Shown here one piece after another: positions 1-14,502 of a stretch of DNA of 64,000 nucleotides (positions are counted from its first letter, which is position 1; every line of letters begins with the position of its first letter). Below the pieces are notes generated by a model. That model made no database searches. It was not told where the DNA came from and worked only from the letters and a program-made list of their open reading frames with translations. The translations under genes and the position numbers were made by a program. Origin of the DNA: Squalus acanthias (lineage: Eukaryota); the NCBI GenBank assembly GCA_030390025.1, contig CM059425.1, positions 174,160,001-174,224,000 of the forward strand. Direction: 5' to 3'.

Positions 1-58
1 CCCCAGCCTGTCTAGTCTATCCACATAACTGTATTCTCTCATCCCTGGAACCATTCTC
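1..58 (-). mobile_element. CR1 LINE fragment truncated by the window edge
   Basis: Minus strand reads RMVPGMREYSYVDRLDRLG, matching the CR1 ORF2 C-terminal motif seen in other copies here (e.g. 13280-13335). Confidence 0.75.
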
Positions 59-186
59 ATAAATAGTATTTATATATATGAAACCATTCTAGGAAGTAGC
101 AGATTTATTTTAAATATATGTTATTGTCTTCCAATTGGACTTTCTACATTAATGCACTCAGTTTCTGCAGCTGCTGTGAGACAATA

Positions 187-966
187 AGCTGGATTTTGCC
201 AATGGGGAGCTTTTGGAGGCGGGACTCCCACTTGTCGGGTTTAAGTCCCGCCTCCATCGATTTCTGGCCAACCCACGCTATTTTCCCTTGATTGACCTTG
301 TTAAGCCCGCCCAGCGGGCTTAGCAGGCCAATTAAGGGGAAGCCGGTTTTTGACAGATGAATTGTCATCGTTTGACAGCTCTGTGAAGCTGTCAAACACT
401 GACATTCTCTGTAGTTTGATGAGTTCTCGTATTCAAGACTCATCAAACCTCTTTCTTTCGCAGAAATTAGATGGTTGTTGGAGAATGCAGCAGCCATCTG
501 TCATCTCTGCCGCGGAGATGCGAGACTCTCCACATCCCCAACGATTGAAGCCTGCAGGAAGAAACAAAGGTAAGTAAACTTTTTCTAACACTTTCCACTT
601 ACCTCACATACTTACCTCTCCACATTTGTACCCACCACTTACCTTCACAGCGTACTTTTGCACCCCTCCGACCCCCGCAGACCCACTGCTCGCCTCAGTG
701 ACCCTGGCGGGGTTCGCAGCCTTCGGGAAGCCTGCACTTGTGTGGGTAAAATGGGGATAATCCTCTTATCTGCCTGCAGTTAAGTGGCTGTAATCCCCTT
801 CCCGCCTCCAAGGAGATGGGACCCGGCGCGGGTCGGCTACCCGCCTCCTGGCAAGATGGCACGGAGGCGGGATGGGGGCGGGATGAGCACCTGCCCCCAG
901 ATTCTGCCATTTTCCCGGCAGTCCCTCCTCCATACCCGTCTCCCCAGGGCTGGCAAGATCGCCCCC
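187..966. mobile_element. Harbinger-type non-autonomous element (~0.8 kb), family A, degenerate copy
   Basis: Reverse-complement homologue of 32043-32868 at both ends and internally. Decayed TIRs (agctggattttgcca ... tggcaagatcgccccc). Confidence 0.75.
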
Positions 967-3636
967 TATGTTAGAAAACAGCAGGTTGGTTACTTTTTTA
1001 ATAGCAAAAGTAACATTTGCTATGCATGACTAGAGTCCAGTCCCACTGAAGATAAGACTCTAGACCATTATAATTCCTGTTAAGATGCAATAGCAAAGAT
1101 TTTGGATTCCTGCTGAGATAAGGCCAGAAATAAAGGTTATTTAAAATGGGAACTATAGAAAATAAATAGATCATTACTTATAAAAACTTTCTGCCAAATA
1201 TTTTGAACCATCTGTTGTTCAGCAAAGAAATCCCGTTTATAACACTGACTTTTGGTATGTAAATAGGAATAAAAATGTCTCCAATTTTCTCTCATCCTAC
1301 CTTGAAGGCACATTTTTTTCGCAGCTGACATACTTTAAGAGAGATTGACATCATCATTACTTTGTCGATTTCTGCTTGCAAACAGGATTAAGAGTTTATT
1401 TTAAGTACTAATGCTTTGTGAAAGTTTTGTATTATAGATAAAGAACACAAAGTGGCCACTGTAATGTAATTCTTTGGCTATATCACCAATACGGTCCCCA
1501 ATCTGGACTACAAATTATTTATTCTTTCTTTCAATTGCATCCCCATTCTTCTCTTATCTTCTCCTTTCCTGATGGCAGTGACACTTGTTGAAACATGGTT
1601 CCATGTCCACTGGCAGTCCTCCACTATTATTACCTCGCTCGAACAGCCCTTCTTCATGTCTGAGCCTGGACAGTAAGTGCTGTGGAGTCCTTCACAACCA
1701 TCCTCAATCCTGCTCTTAACTAAATACACACTTCTACCAGCAGGGGGGTCACTGGCTCAGGAGTGGGAACCATGGCTGACTTTCTCCTTCCAAAACACTA
1801 AGGCCAATTATAGCACCACAAATATCCAGGCCTCAGTTAACAGAATATTAACTATTGTTTTCTTAATTTCTTTGCAGTCAGAATACCCTGGATTTCATTA
1901 GGTTTAATCAGAAAAACAATTTTAGAAGGATCAATTAAACATTTTAAATAAGTACTAAATATAGTTCCAGAACTGCAGTATACTGATGTTGACATTTCTG
2001 GGTATTAATGGGTTTAAGCCTAAGTTTGGAATTCATCTTTTGGGGTAATTATGAGGTTTTTCCCCAAAATCAGAAGGCTTGATCATCAAGCACTTGAAAG
2101 TGATGTTATTGTGATGCATGTTCCTCACAATTTATCTAGTTCTGCCCCCTACCCTCCCAAACAAGAAGAAAAGGTTTGGCAAACAAATATTCATGAAAAC
2201 AGTCCCTCATTAAACACTCAATATCTGCAGCAATCAATTTATACATTGTCTTTACATTTTTATTGGTTTTTGGAATGATGAAAAAGGTTTCACCAATGCA
2301 TAGGTTAGGTATTTTTCCCACAATGCTAGGGCAACCTGTGACAATTATGACTCCAAGAACTCAAATATCTACAGGGTTTACATCCTGAACCAATAGCATT
2401 AACTACAAAACTGTTGTGTGTCTGTAATCCACTGTCATTCAATGCTAGTTTTCAGAACAAGTGGGAAACTGAAGAAAGAAAGAATGAATGAGCTTGAAGA
2501 CTTGCCAATATTACTATTTAGCAGGCACGAAAAACTCGTTCAGCCCCCACCCCCAACCTTGACTGACAATATATACTGTGCTGACTAATCAGAATACAAA
2601 TCATAGGGGAACATTTTATGCTTCAATCGGGATTATAGATTGAAGTCCTATGTCTAGATCAATACTGTATATTAGGAGTGAATGGGAGAAAGTTTGGGAT
2701 ATTGTAAGTCAATGCTTGGCTTAGAATTATACCTCAATCAGGCATTTTTACTAGTTGAATTTAGTTAATGAAAGCAATAAAAGGAATTGGCCGTTCACAA
2801 GTGATTTAGACTTAACAGAGAGAATAAAGCACAAGCAGATAGATAGCATATTTGGATAGAGCAAAAGCTTCCAGATCGTCCTTACAGTGTTCCTTAAGTG
2901 CATCTGGCCCACTTTTAATCATAAGTATGACTGTAACATAAAACAGACATCATTCCCACAAGCAGCCTCTGTGTAAAGATAGAAACGGTTAGCAGCTCTG
3001 ACCAGAGTCTAGACTGTGCCAAAAAATATTCTGGATTAATACCTGAAAACTTACCAGCGCAGGGTATAGGTGCCATGACAGCTGAGTGCTCTATATTATC
3101 TGTTTTCAGGAAGGATATAAAATCAACAATGAATTAAGTGACAGATACAGAGATATTAAAAGATCCAAGGTATAGCACATTGGACAAATGTTTCTAAGAC
3201 TGTCACAAAGAGCTTGTTAATACTCTACTGCTCTTAGCATTGCATCATCTTGATTGTGAAAGTTCCTTGCTTTATGGATGTTATGGTATTGTTTCTTCTA
3301 AGACATAAATTAACTCAAAAGGTTCCTATTAAAGAAGCTTTGACATATTGACAGGGCAAATTGATATGAATGCATTGTTGTGAGTGTAGGTTATGCATAA
3401 TATTTTGCCTATATTTCAAGTTTGTACTCTTACAAGATTTCTGTTTTTCTCATAATGTTTACGGTTGGATTTAGGCCTATGAAGGAAAAGTAGGGGGACG
3501 AAATTCAACTTTGACAGGGGTGCAAATTGGCAATAACGAATCGGATGCCTGTTATACATCCCGCCTGGTTTCCCTTTCGATGAACTCAATTTCACTCCCT
3601 AGTTCTTATTCTGCAGAGTTACAGTTCAGACTCATT

Positions 3637-4330
3637 GGCCGGAATTTTCAGTACCTGGGCGGGTCAGGTGCGGTTGGTCGGTGTGGCGGCTTGGAACCTC
3701 GTTCTTCTTTTCATCCCGCTCCTCAGAGCGACTTTCCCTTAATGGCACCTATTAAAGCAGGCCGGCCCTATTAAATTAAAATTAAAAGGTTTTAACCTAT
3801 CCAATTGATCACGGAGGCTAGGAGGTTGTGGAAGTATTTCAAGGCAAGGACAAGGATATTACATGGCATACATTTGGGAACTGACCATATGGCTATGTAT
3901 GTTGTCTCTGCGGGATAGCATATAAATGATAAAGAGGCGGGGTGCGTCAAGGCTGGAGTACACTGGAGGTGATCATAGGGCACAAATGAATAAATTATTG
4001 GAGGAAATGAAGGCCCTGAAATTCCACAGGACCATTTATGCCTCTCTCACCCCAGAATTGCAGACCAGTTCCAGAAAAACTTCAATGACCTGATGAAGAC
4101 AGGCAAGGTAACACAGTGCCCATGGCACTTTTCCATGGGCTCCATGGGCACCACCCACTAGAATAAATAGCTATATAAGTAACTCATCACTCTGCAGTGT
4201 GGTGAAGGGTTGTACTAACTCAGGATCTTTTAGTTTGTGCCACTATCTACCGTAAAAGCAATTAATTGCGAGCAGAACTTTACAATCCCTTCTCCCCTTT
4301 AATAGGGTGAAAGCAGCAGACCTATTACAT
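3637..4330 (+). mobile_element. Highly decayed Harbinger left end with Myb/SANT exon remnant
   Basis: TIR-like ggccggaattttc at 3637. QFQKNFNDLMKTGK followed by gtaac at about 4066-4112 resembles the QCRKKFNDL..R/K|gt exon-1 end of other Harbinger Myb genes here. Right boundary uncertain. Confidence 0.45.
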
Positions 4331-4776
4331 CAGCCGGGCGATGCCGCCTCATGACATCCCTCAATTACTGATCTTCACTTAATTCAAACTATCTTGTTCC
4401 ATTAGAAACTTGTGCACAATGCCCATGGAATGCAGGAGACCAGGGGGGCATTCTGGACAACAGTGAATAGACAATCTATGAGGAGCAGGCCAGAAAGCGA
4501 GGCACTCTGCTTTGGCCGTGGGAGATAGTGAGATCGGTGGGATGATGCTAGTGGGTGCAGACCTAGACAGCTTCCATGGCATCCCTGTGAAGCAGCAACT
4601 TCCACAACTTTTTCTGGTTCTTTAATCCCAAGGGGGATTTATCACCCATTCTTAGTTTACACCCTTCCTTTCCTGCACATCAATCACAGCAATGACAGGG
4701 CAGAGAATGAGGAAGAGCAGGAGGGAAGAAAATTCTTCCTTGTGTGCTATTATGATGATGATGGGGATGATGATGT

Positions 4777-5535
4777 AGAACATAGGAACAGGAGTAGGCC
4801 ATTTAGCCCCTTGAGCCTGTTCTGCCGTTCAATGAGATCATGGCTAATCTGAGACCTAACTCCATATACCAGCCTTTGCCCCATATCCCTTAATACCTTT
4901 GGTGAACAAAAATCTATCAATCTCAGATTTAAAATTAACAATTGATCTAGCATCAACTGCCATTTGCAGAAGAGAGTTCCAAACTGCTACCGCCATTTGT
5001 GTGTAGAAGTGTTTCATAAATTGACTCCTGAAAGGTCTGGCTCTCATTTTTAGACTATGTCCCCTAGTTCTAGATTCCCCAACCAGCGGAAATAGTTTCT
5101 CTCTATCTACCCTATTAGTTCCTCTTAATATTTTGAAAACTTCGATCAAATCACCATTTAGCCTTCTAAATTCCAGGGAATACGACCCTAGTTTGTGTAA
5201 TCTCTCCTCGTAATTTAACCCTTGGAGTCCAGGTATAATTCTGGTAAATCTACGCTGCACTCCCTCCAAGGCCAATATATCCTTCCTAAGGTGTGGTGCT
5301 CCGAACCGAACACAATACTCCAGGTGTGGTCTAACCAGGGCTTTGTATAGCTGTAGCATAACTTCTACCCCCTTGTATTCTAGTCTTCAAGATATAAAGC
5401 CCAGCATTTCATTAGCCTTTTTGATTATTTTCTGTACCTGTCCATGACATTTTAATGATCTATGTACATGGACCCCTAAGTCTCTTTGGACCTCCCCTGT
5501 TTCTAGCTTTTCACCATTTAGAAAGTACATTGACC
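4777..5535 (-). mobile_element. CR1 LINE 3' fragment
   Basis: ORF 4856-5359 (LYKALVRPHLEYC...LEFRRLNGDLIEVFKI...) plus a CR1-type 3' UTR and tail. Confidence 0.9.
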
Positions 5536-6121
5536 TATCCTTTTTGGAGAAAGAGGATGTTCAGAACAAGGCTGCACAGGAGTCCCAGGAACAAGACCCT
5601 GTCCCATGTTCCTGTGCCTCGACCTGCTCGATCTCATAAATGATCTAATTGAATGGCTTCAGTAGCTGAATGGCCTACTCCTGTTCCTATGTTCACCCGT
5701 TACGGCATTCGCTTTGTTACTCCCACACACTTGCTCAGATACATTCACCCAGTGACAATATGGCACCAGAAGATTCACTGAGCTGGAGAGAGCTGGAGAT
5801 GTAGGGGTCCAGATTGAAGGTGAATGTAATGATGACAGCTGCACATGCCAGCTTTGTTCTTCCCCCTCTCAAAGCACTACACCAGTGGCACGTAGGAGGT
5901 GATACCAACCTGCCCAGGCATATGCTCCAGAAATGCAGCCAGCAGCAATCTCCAAGGAGCAAGCTGCCATGAGAGCAGGGAAACTTCAGTCCTATGAGCT
6001 TCATATCACAGAAGCAGCCAACCAACCCTCGCTATACCGGTTGTCTGGTCGTCTGGTTGCACTTAGGAGAAGCACCAGAATAGAAGAAAGAAAGGCTCGT
6101 TTAGACATCCAGCCTTCTCAA

Positions 6122-8095
6122 CTCGTTCTGCCACCTTCAAAGATTTGTGTACGTACACCCCCAGATCTCTGTTTCTGCACCTGCTTTAAAATTGTACCAT
6201 TTAGTTTATATTGCCTCTCCTCATTCTTCCTACCAAAATGTATCACCTCACACTTCTCTGTATTAAATGTCATGTGTCATGTGTCTGCCCATTTCACCAG
6301 TTTGTCTATATCCTCCTGAAGTCTGTTACTATCCTCCTCACTGTTTACAACATTTCCGAGTTTTGTGTCATCTGCAAACTTTGAAATTATGCCCTGTATA
6401 CCCAAGTCCAGGTTATTAATATATATCAAAAAGAGCAGTGGTCCTAATACTGACCCTGGGGACACCACTGTATACTTCCCTCCAGTCTGAAAAACAACCA
6501 TTCACCATTACTCTCTTCTTTCTGTCCCCTAGCCAATTTTGTATCGACACTGCCACTGCCACTTTAACCCATGAGATTCAATTTTGCTAACAAGTCTATT
6601 ATGTGGTACTTTATCAAACGCCTTTTGAAAGCCCATATATGCGACATCAACTACACAACCTTCATCAACCCTATTCGCTACTTCATCAATGAACTCAATC
6701 CAGTTAGTCAAACATGATTTGGCTTTAACAAATCCGTGCTGGCTGTCATTGATTAACATATTTTCCAAGTGACAATTAATTTTGTCTCGAATTATTATCT
6801 CTAAAAGTTTCCCACCACTGACATTAGGCTGATTGGCCTGTAATTGCCGGGTTTATCCCTCTCCCCTTTTTTGAACAGGGGTGTAGCATTTGTAATCCTC
6901 CAGTCCTCTGGCACCACTCCCATAGCTAAGGAGTATTCGAAGATTATGACCAGAGCCTCTGCAATTTCCACCCTTACTTCCAGCAGCAACCTAGGATGCA
7001 TCCCATCCGGACCCGGTGACTTTTCTACTTTGAGCACTACCAACCTTTTAAGTGCCTCCTCTTTATTTTTATCCTATTCAATTTCTCTACTGCCTCCTCC
7101 TTTACTATGACATTGGCAGCATCCTCTTCTTTAATGAAGACATATGCAAAGTATTCATTTTGTACCTCAGCCATGCCCTCTGCCTCCACAAGAAGTTTTC
7201 CTTTTTGGTCCCTAATCGGCCCCACCATTCCTTTGACTACCCATATAATATTTATATGTTTATAGAAGATGTTTGGGTTCCCTTTTATGTGACCTGTGAA
7301 TCTATTCCAATACACTCTCTTTGCCCCCTTATTTCCTTTTTCAGTTCTCCTCTGTACTTTCTGTATTCAGCTTGATTCTCTACTATATTATGAGCCTAAC
7401 ATTTATCATAAGCCTCTTTTTACTGTCTCATTTTAATCTCTATATCTTTAGTCATCCAGGGAGCTCAAGCTTTTAATGCCCTTCCTTTCCCCCTCGTGAG
7501 AATGCGTCTAGTCTGTACCCGAACTATCTCCTCTTTGAAGGCCTCCCATTGCTCATTTACTGTTTTACCTGCCAATCTTTGATTCCAATCCAACTGGGCC
7601 AGATCTCCTTTCAACTCATTGAAGTTAGCCCTCCTCCAGTTGAGTATTTTCGCATTTGATTGTTCCTTGTCCTTTTCCAGAACTACTCTAAACCTAATGA
7701 TATTGTAATTACAGTTTCCCAAATGCTCCCCCACTGAAACATACTCTACTTGCCCCACTTCATTCCCCAGAACTAGATCCTTCCTTGTTGGGGTGGCAAT
7801 ACACTGATTAAGAAAGTTCTCTTGTATATATTTCAGGAATTCCTCACCCACTTTGCCCTTTACACTGTTATTTTCCCAGTCCATATTAGGATAATTGAAG
7901 TACCCCATTATCACTACTCTATAGTTCTTGCATCTTTCTGAAATTTGCCTGCAAATTTGCTCTTCTATCTCCTTCTCACTATTTGGTGGCCTATAGTATA
8001 CACCCAGTTGTGTAATAGCTCCTCCATTGTTCCTTAATTCTAACCAAATAGATTCTATCTTTGATCCCTCTACATCATCCCTTTCCAGTGCTGGA
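6122..8095 (-). mobile_element. CR1 LINE ORF2 fragment (APE endonuclease C-part and RT), frameshifted
   Basis: Successive minus ORFs: GVYYRPPN / VIMGYFNYP (EN); [46 protein letters not shown] (RT). Confidence 0.92.
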
Positions 8096-9006
8096 TCAGT
8101 ATCGATAACATCGATCCTCGTTACACTTATCTCCTGCTGCGGCACCTTGTTGTAAATATACTACAACACAAAACACACACATGTGCAAAAATAGCAAGTG
8201 CTTAGTCAGAAGGAATTTTGTGCAGCAAGTAACTACTTTATTTAAGAGGGAAAGAGAAAACTGTCAGGATGATCACTTCCGCCGCACAAATATATATCTA
8301 GCATTTTGCAGCCCAGTTATAGAGTGGTATGATGACAGCTGTAGCACAGTCCGCAGACCATTTGGTCCTGCTTAAGGAGGAAACACAATGGCATGGGGCA
8401 GCAGTGGGCGATGCAAAAGGGTGAGTAACAGGAAAGAATCTTCCTTGGACCAGATGGATAGTATGACTGATTTGGCACTGAGACGTCTTAGAATTAATAA
8501 AGCAGTATGCCTCTGCACCAGTCACAATTACAGGGTGGGAAAAATATTTCACAATTTGAAATGGAATTAAATTATCACAGACGCCATAATCATAAAGTAA
8601 CAGCTTTGTAAGTAAAACAGGAAGTAGGAAGTATTATTTTAAATGAGAAAAGGCGATATCAAACAGGAACTATTTAGAATGCAAATGCGCTCGGCTCATT
8701 TCTCGCATTGCTGGAACCTGTAGTTGTACAAGTACTGAAGTTATGTACAATTTTTTCAATTGTTTCTAAAAGGATTTCCCTAATTTTACAAAGTGTTGTG
8801 GGCTTGTTAATGTATATGTACTCCTTCATTTAAATGCAGAGGAACAAATTACAAATATTGGGATATGATGTGGAGACCAAATGTGCTATGGTGTTGGAGA
8901 GCAGGTGGACTAGCAGCTTCTTTTGAAGTCACCCAAATGGTATATAATTGACAGCAAAATCCTATCTCAATGAAAGACAGTGATTTTGACACCAACTGGT
9001 CTCAAT

Positions 9007-10723
9007 GGCCGCAATTTTACCAGCGTTCAGATTGCGGGTTCAGAGGCGGGTCCGCTGTCAAAATCGAAATGATTGACAGCGGGTTGGGAACCCGCTCCGA
9101 ACCCGCCTCCATGTAAGTTTCCAAAGTGTCGAGTCTGCGATTTCAGAACAGACCCGACACCAAGCAGCGGGGGATGTATTCAAGATAATTAAATGCTTGT
9201 TAAACGCTTGTTAACTACTATTTTGCCAGCCTATTTCTATTTTACCACTTTCTTAACGAGGTTCACATCGTTCGGAGATCACGTCAGGTAAGTAGGTTGG
9301 GTTCTCTATGTCTCCCCATTGCTGTGAATAGGTGACAGCTGCAAAAATGGTATGAAAGCTACCATTTCACAGCTGTTCATTTTCCAATGTCAGAAGCTTG
9401 AGCCTTCAGAACTTGGAAGACACTTTTGAGCTGTATGCAGTTTGGAAGTGTTTGGAGTAAACTCTCTATCCACTGTCACCTCCTTGGAGCAAGCTCTCTC
9501 ACTATTGACAGATCGCTTCTGTCATCTCAACTTCAGCTGCCATCTATTCCAGCAACATCGGTGCCCTTGGAAAAAATCTCACCTTGGTCCTCTGAATCCC
9601 TCCACAATCAGCCCCAACACCAACATCACCAGGCACACCAACATCACCAACAACAACACCAACCTTCTCCGCAATCACCTGATGCTGCACAGGACACAGG
9701 GCCTCAGCACCCGACCACATTGCTGCCCGGGAGGCCAGGGATGGCCTCACCATGGCCAGATTTACTTCACTTGATGCTGTACACCCTGGCTGCCACAAGA
9801 TGCGCCAGGTTGACACCACCCCACACCAGCACCATAAAGCAACCCTACAATGCCCAAGCCATTCCTTTCACACTCATCACAATTGGGGGTGAGGGGAGGG
9901 AATTATGTCTCAACATTCACTGGAACTTAATAAGACACTTCCAAAAGTGAGCACAGATCTGTCCAATAAGGTAAAGTGTTGAAAATACAGATTTCAATGT
10001 TTGACAACACGTTAACAGAAACTTCACATGAACATTGGCTAAACCACCCAAATGCCTACCCTTGTGTGTTTTAAGTTTGTATGCTTGCAGTAGGATGAGG
10101 GTGAGTGTGAGGGGTGGCTAGTGAGGTGGGGAAGTGATAATGTAGAGAGAGAGGGATGGGTGGAGGTGCAAGATAAGTTGGTGTGAGTAAAGATGTGCAG
10201 GAGTAGGATAGGGAAGGCAGAGTGATGTGGATGTGATGAGTGGCATAGCAGGATGAGGTTGAGTGTGGCTTGGTGGTAACGTTTCATGATGTACTGAGAT
10301 CATTGAAAGGCTTGCACCACTGCAGCTTAGTCCTCCTGACGACATCCCTGCTTGTGCATTGGTCTCCTGGGGAGGTCTCTTCCGCCCATTGGAAGGAAAA
10401 GGACCTCTCTGCGTGCTGTGACTCCCTCCATAAGCCTATGGAGGGAGTCATGGGAGAGCTCGGTGCAGCCATGCACCTTTGTGCAGTGCTTGTCAGTGCT
10501 GTAGAACACTGACAGCAGAACTGTCAAGATCAATTTGGACATGGCCCCTTTAAGGAAACCGGCTGATGACGCGTCATCAAATGACATCATCAAACCCGCT
10601 TCCTATTAATTGGCCGGGAACCTTGCAGGGCGGGCTTAACAAGCCCTATCAACGTAAAATCACTTGGAGAGTGACACCGACCCCGGCCACACCAGACCCG
10701 CCTCGGTCAGCAAAATCATGGCC
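9007..10723 (-). mobile_element. Non-autonomous Harbinger derivative, family B
   Basis: Imperfect TIRs (ggccgcaatttt / aaaatcatggcc) and AAT TSD. Minus-strand Myb exon-1 remnant (...RDVVRRTKLQWCKPFNDL). Homologous to 19379-21139, 31255-33603 and 37523-39192. Confidence 0.85.
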
Positions 10724-10889
10724 AATGTGTTTGCAGCCACACAAGACACCATTCAGAGTTGAGCATGACTTTTTGACCAACCCTGTAATCAAGTGACTAA
10801 CTTCATTGAGGATAGCTTGTGATCTGATGGGTTTTGAATAACCAATATGGTCTTCAAAGTTATCTCTCATTTATTCCAAATATTTCAAC

Positions 10890-11458
10890 AACAACTAGGG
10901 CCTTTAACATAGTAAAACGTCTCGAGGTGCTTCACAGGAGTATTATAAGACAAACAATTTGACACCCAGCCACATAAGGAGAAATTAGGGCAGGTGACCA
11001 AAAGCTTGGTCAAAGAGGTAGGTTTTAAGGAGCGTCTTAAAGGAGGAAAGAGAGGCGGAGAGGTTTAGGCAGGGAATTCCAGAGCTTAGGGCCTAGGCAA
11101 TAGAAGGCACGGCCACCAATGGTTGAGCGATTATAATCAGGGATGCTCAAAAGGGCAGAATTAGAGGAACGCAGGTATCTCGCATGGTTGTGGGGCTGGA
11201 GGAGATTACAGAGATAGGAAGGGGCGAGGCCATGGGGGGATTTAAAAACAAGGATGAGAATTTTGAAATCGAGGCGTTGCTTAACCGAGAGCCAATGTAG
11301 GTCAGCGAGCACAGGAGTGATGGGTAAACAGGACTTGGTGTGAGTTAGGACACGGGCAGCTGAGTTTTGGATGACCTCAAGTTTATGTAGGGTAGAACGT
11401 GGGAGGCCAGCCAGGAGTACATTGGAATAGTCAAGTCTAGAGATAACAAAGGCATGGA
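10890..11458 (-). mobile_element. L2-type LINE 3' fragment
   Basis: ORF LADLHWLSVKQRLDFKILILVFK...GRAFYCLGPKLWNSLP is characteristic of the L2 ORF2 C-terminus. Confidence 0.85.
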
Positions 11459-12087
11459 CATTTCTCTTAACAGTGAAATTGCTTTTAATTGGGAGTCAAT
11501 TTTTCTGAAAGCACAATTTTACACTGTCCTCTTTGTGAAAGCTTCGGTGTGCTAGGTTACATTAAGGAATAATGCACAGCTGAATAGCCAATCAGAAAGC
11601 ACCTGCAATAATGCTGTTTAAGCACTAAACAACCACCTATTCAATATAAATATACTGGTGGAGTGCATCATTTCCAAACAAAATGGAGGAAGAATGCAGA
11701 TATTATGAACAGTAGACAATGTAGAGGCACAGCGTGCTCCTATGTTGAGGATGATGTAACAGGCTTGAGAGGCAACAATGCAGGTGGTGAATTGAGTGCC
11801 ATAAATATAAATCACTCATTGATTATGATGTCACTTGAACCACTTAGTTGATTCAGTGTCTTTTAATTCACTGCACGTCTTCCATTACAGTAGGTAAGTT
11901 GTTCTTCCCTTAACATGCATACAGGTTGTAATCCAATTGGCTGCTTTCAAGATGGATCCTTAGGATTCACCATCTTTTACAGTTGAGATCCATTTCCCAG
12001 ATAAACTTCAACAATCTGGTGTCATATTAAAGGCATAACGAATGATTGAGGATGATCTATACTGAATTGAGAGACAGATGACTGATT

Positions 12088-13752
12088 AATAGTGTCATAG
12101 TGAAAAAGGAGGTAGTTGAGATACTGGATGGGATAAAAATTGCTAAAGAGGAGGTACTAGAAAGGCTGGCTGTACATAAAGTAGATAAGTCACCAGGACC
12201 AGATGGGATGCATCCTAGGATGCTGAGGGAAGTAAAGGTGGAAATTGCCGAGGTACTGGCCATAATCTTCCAATCCTCCTTAGATACAGGGGTGGTGCCA
12301 GAGGCTGGAGAATTGCAAATGTTACACCCTTGTTCAAAAAAGGGTGTAAGGATAAACCCAGCAACTACAGGCCAGTCAGTTTAACCTCAGTAGTGGGGAA
12401 GTTTTTAGAAAGGGACAAAATTAACAGTCACTTGGACAAGTGTGGATTAATTAAGGAAAGCAGCATGGATTTGTCAAAGGCAAATCATGTTTAACTAACT
12501 TGATTGAGTTTTTTGATGAGGTAACAGAGAGAGTTGATGAGGGCAATGCAGTTGATGTGGTGTACATGGACTTCCAAAAGGCGTTTGATAAAGTGCCACA
12601 TAATAGGCTTGCCAGCAAAGTTGAAGCCCATGGAATAAAAGGGACAGTGGTAGCATGGATACAAAATTGGCTAAGTGACAGGAAACAGAGAGTAGTGGTG
12701 CACGGTTGTTTTTCAGACTGGAGGAAGGTACACAGTGGTGTTCCCCAGGGGTCGGTACGAGGACCACTGCTTTTCTTGATATATATTAATGACTTGGACT
12801 TGGGTGTACAGGGTACAATTTCAAAATTTGCAGATGACACAAAACTTGGAGGTATAGTGAACAGTGAGGAGGATAGTGATAGACTTCAAGAGGACATAGA
12901 CACGCTGGTGGAATGAGCAGACACGTGGCAGATGAAATTTAACGCAGAAAAGTGCGAAGTGATACACTTTGGTAGGAAGAACGAGGAGAGGCAATATAAA
13001 CTAAAGGGTACAATTCTAAAGGGGGTGCATGAACAGAGAGACCTGGGGGTATATGTGCACAAATCATTGAAGATGGCAGGGCAGGTTAAGAAAGCAGTTA
13101 AAAAAGCATATGGGATCCTAGGCTTCATAAATAAAGGCATTGAGTACAAAAGCAAGGAAGTTATGATGCACCTTTATAAAACACTGGTTCGGCCTCAACT
13201 GGAGTATTGTGTCCAATTCTGGGCACCGCACTTTAGGAAGGATGTAATGGCCTTAGAGACGGTGCAGAAAAGATTTACAAGAATGGTTCCAGGGATGAGG
13301 AATTTCAGTTACGTGGATAGCCTGGGGAAGCTGGGGTTGTTCTCCTTAGAGCAGCGAGGTTGAGAGGAGATTTGATAGAGGTGTTCAAAATCATGAGGGG
13401 TCTGGACAGAGTAGATAGAGTGAAACTGTTCCCATTGGTGGAAGGGTCGAGAACCAGAGGACACAGATTTAAGGTGATTGGCAGAAGAACCAAAGGCGAC
13501 ATGAGGAAAAACTTTTTTACTTAGCGAGTGGTTATGATCTGGAATGCAATGTCTGAAAGGGTGGTGGAGGCAGACTCAATCACTGCTTTCAAAAGGGAAT
13601 TGGATAAGTACCTGAAGGAAAATATTTTGCAGGGCTACGGGGAAAGGCCGGGGGAGTGGGACTAGCTGAAGTGCTCTTGCAGAGAGCCGGCACAGGCTTG
13701 ATGAGCCGAATGGCCTCCTCCTGTGCTGTAACCGTTCTATGATTCTATGATT
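12088..13752 (+). mobile_element. CR1 LINE, 5'-truncated, RT region to 3' tail
   Basis: [47 protein letters not shown]. Ends in a (TTCTATGA)n tail. Stops and frameshifts present. Confidence 0.95.
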
Positions 13753-14502
13753 ATAAAGCATTAAAGGAATGATCAGATAGTCCTTTAATTAGATTCAGAT
13801 CCTATATTTAATCATACAGAATAATTAATAATTTATTAAGATCATTGTTAGATAAAACTTGTGTCGCCATTTTTGGAATGAAAGATGCTTTATACAACCG
13901 TGAGACCTTAACATGGATTAGAGTCGACTTGATTAATATGAGTGAAATTGATTTGATTACCAAGTTGGAATTTTATATCTTCTTGTCCAGCACCTTTCCA
14001 ATGTGTTCATCTATCTGGGTGGTTATAGAAGGTTCATGGTGGCCACTAGGATCAGGTTGCTGGATCTTTGGCATTAACATCAGCCCCCAAAGCAAAATCC
14101 AACAGAAATTTGAATTCTTATCCAGTGTCCTGCTCAGTTTGTTAAACTGTTCTCTCAGTATGAGTGGTTTTTAAAAAAACCATTTTTGTGCAAAACTAGA
14201 AAGTGATTATTTTTCAATTTGCACCCATTTGCTTTTTTTCAGCTTGCAGGATATTGACTCCACTGAATGCACAAGCCGATGATCACAGACATCTCTTTGC
14301 CCTCTACTAATAACACTCTGTGGCCAAGTAGTAAGGGTGGCTATTACTGGGAACCCCAGTAACATTTTTGCTGATTTTGCTCAACTTGTAATGATTGGAC
14401 ACCACATGTCTCTGCTAAGTGGAGGGCCTGACAACAGAAACAAGATCAGTAGCTCACTATCTGGAATAAACAATAGTGCAGATATCACTGAAGACTAGAG
14501 CA

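Noticed and set aside
9426..9950. Gln/His-rich 174-aa ORF
   Set aside because: Decayed transposase 5' stub in a non-autonomous Harbinger. The frame is not conserved among sibling copies.
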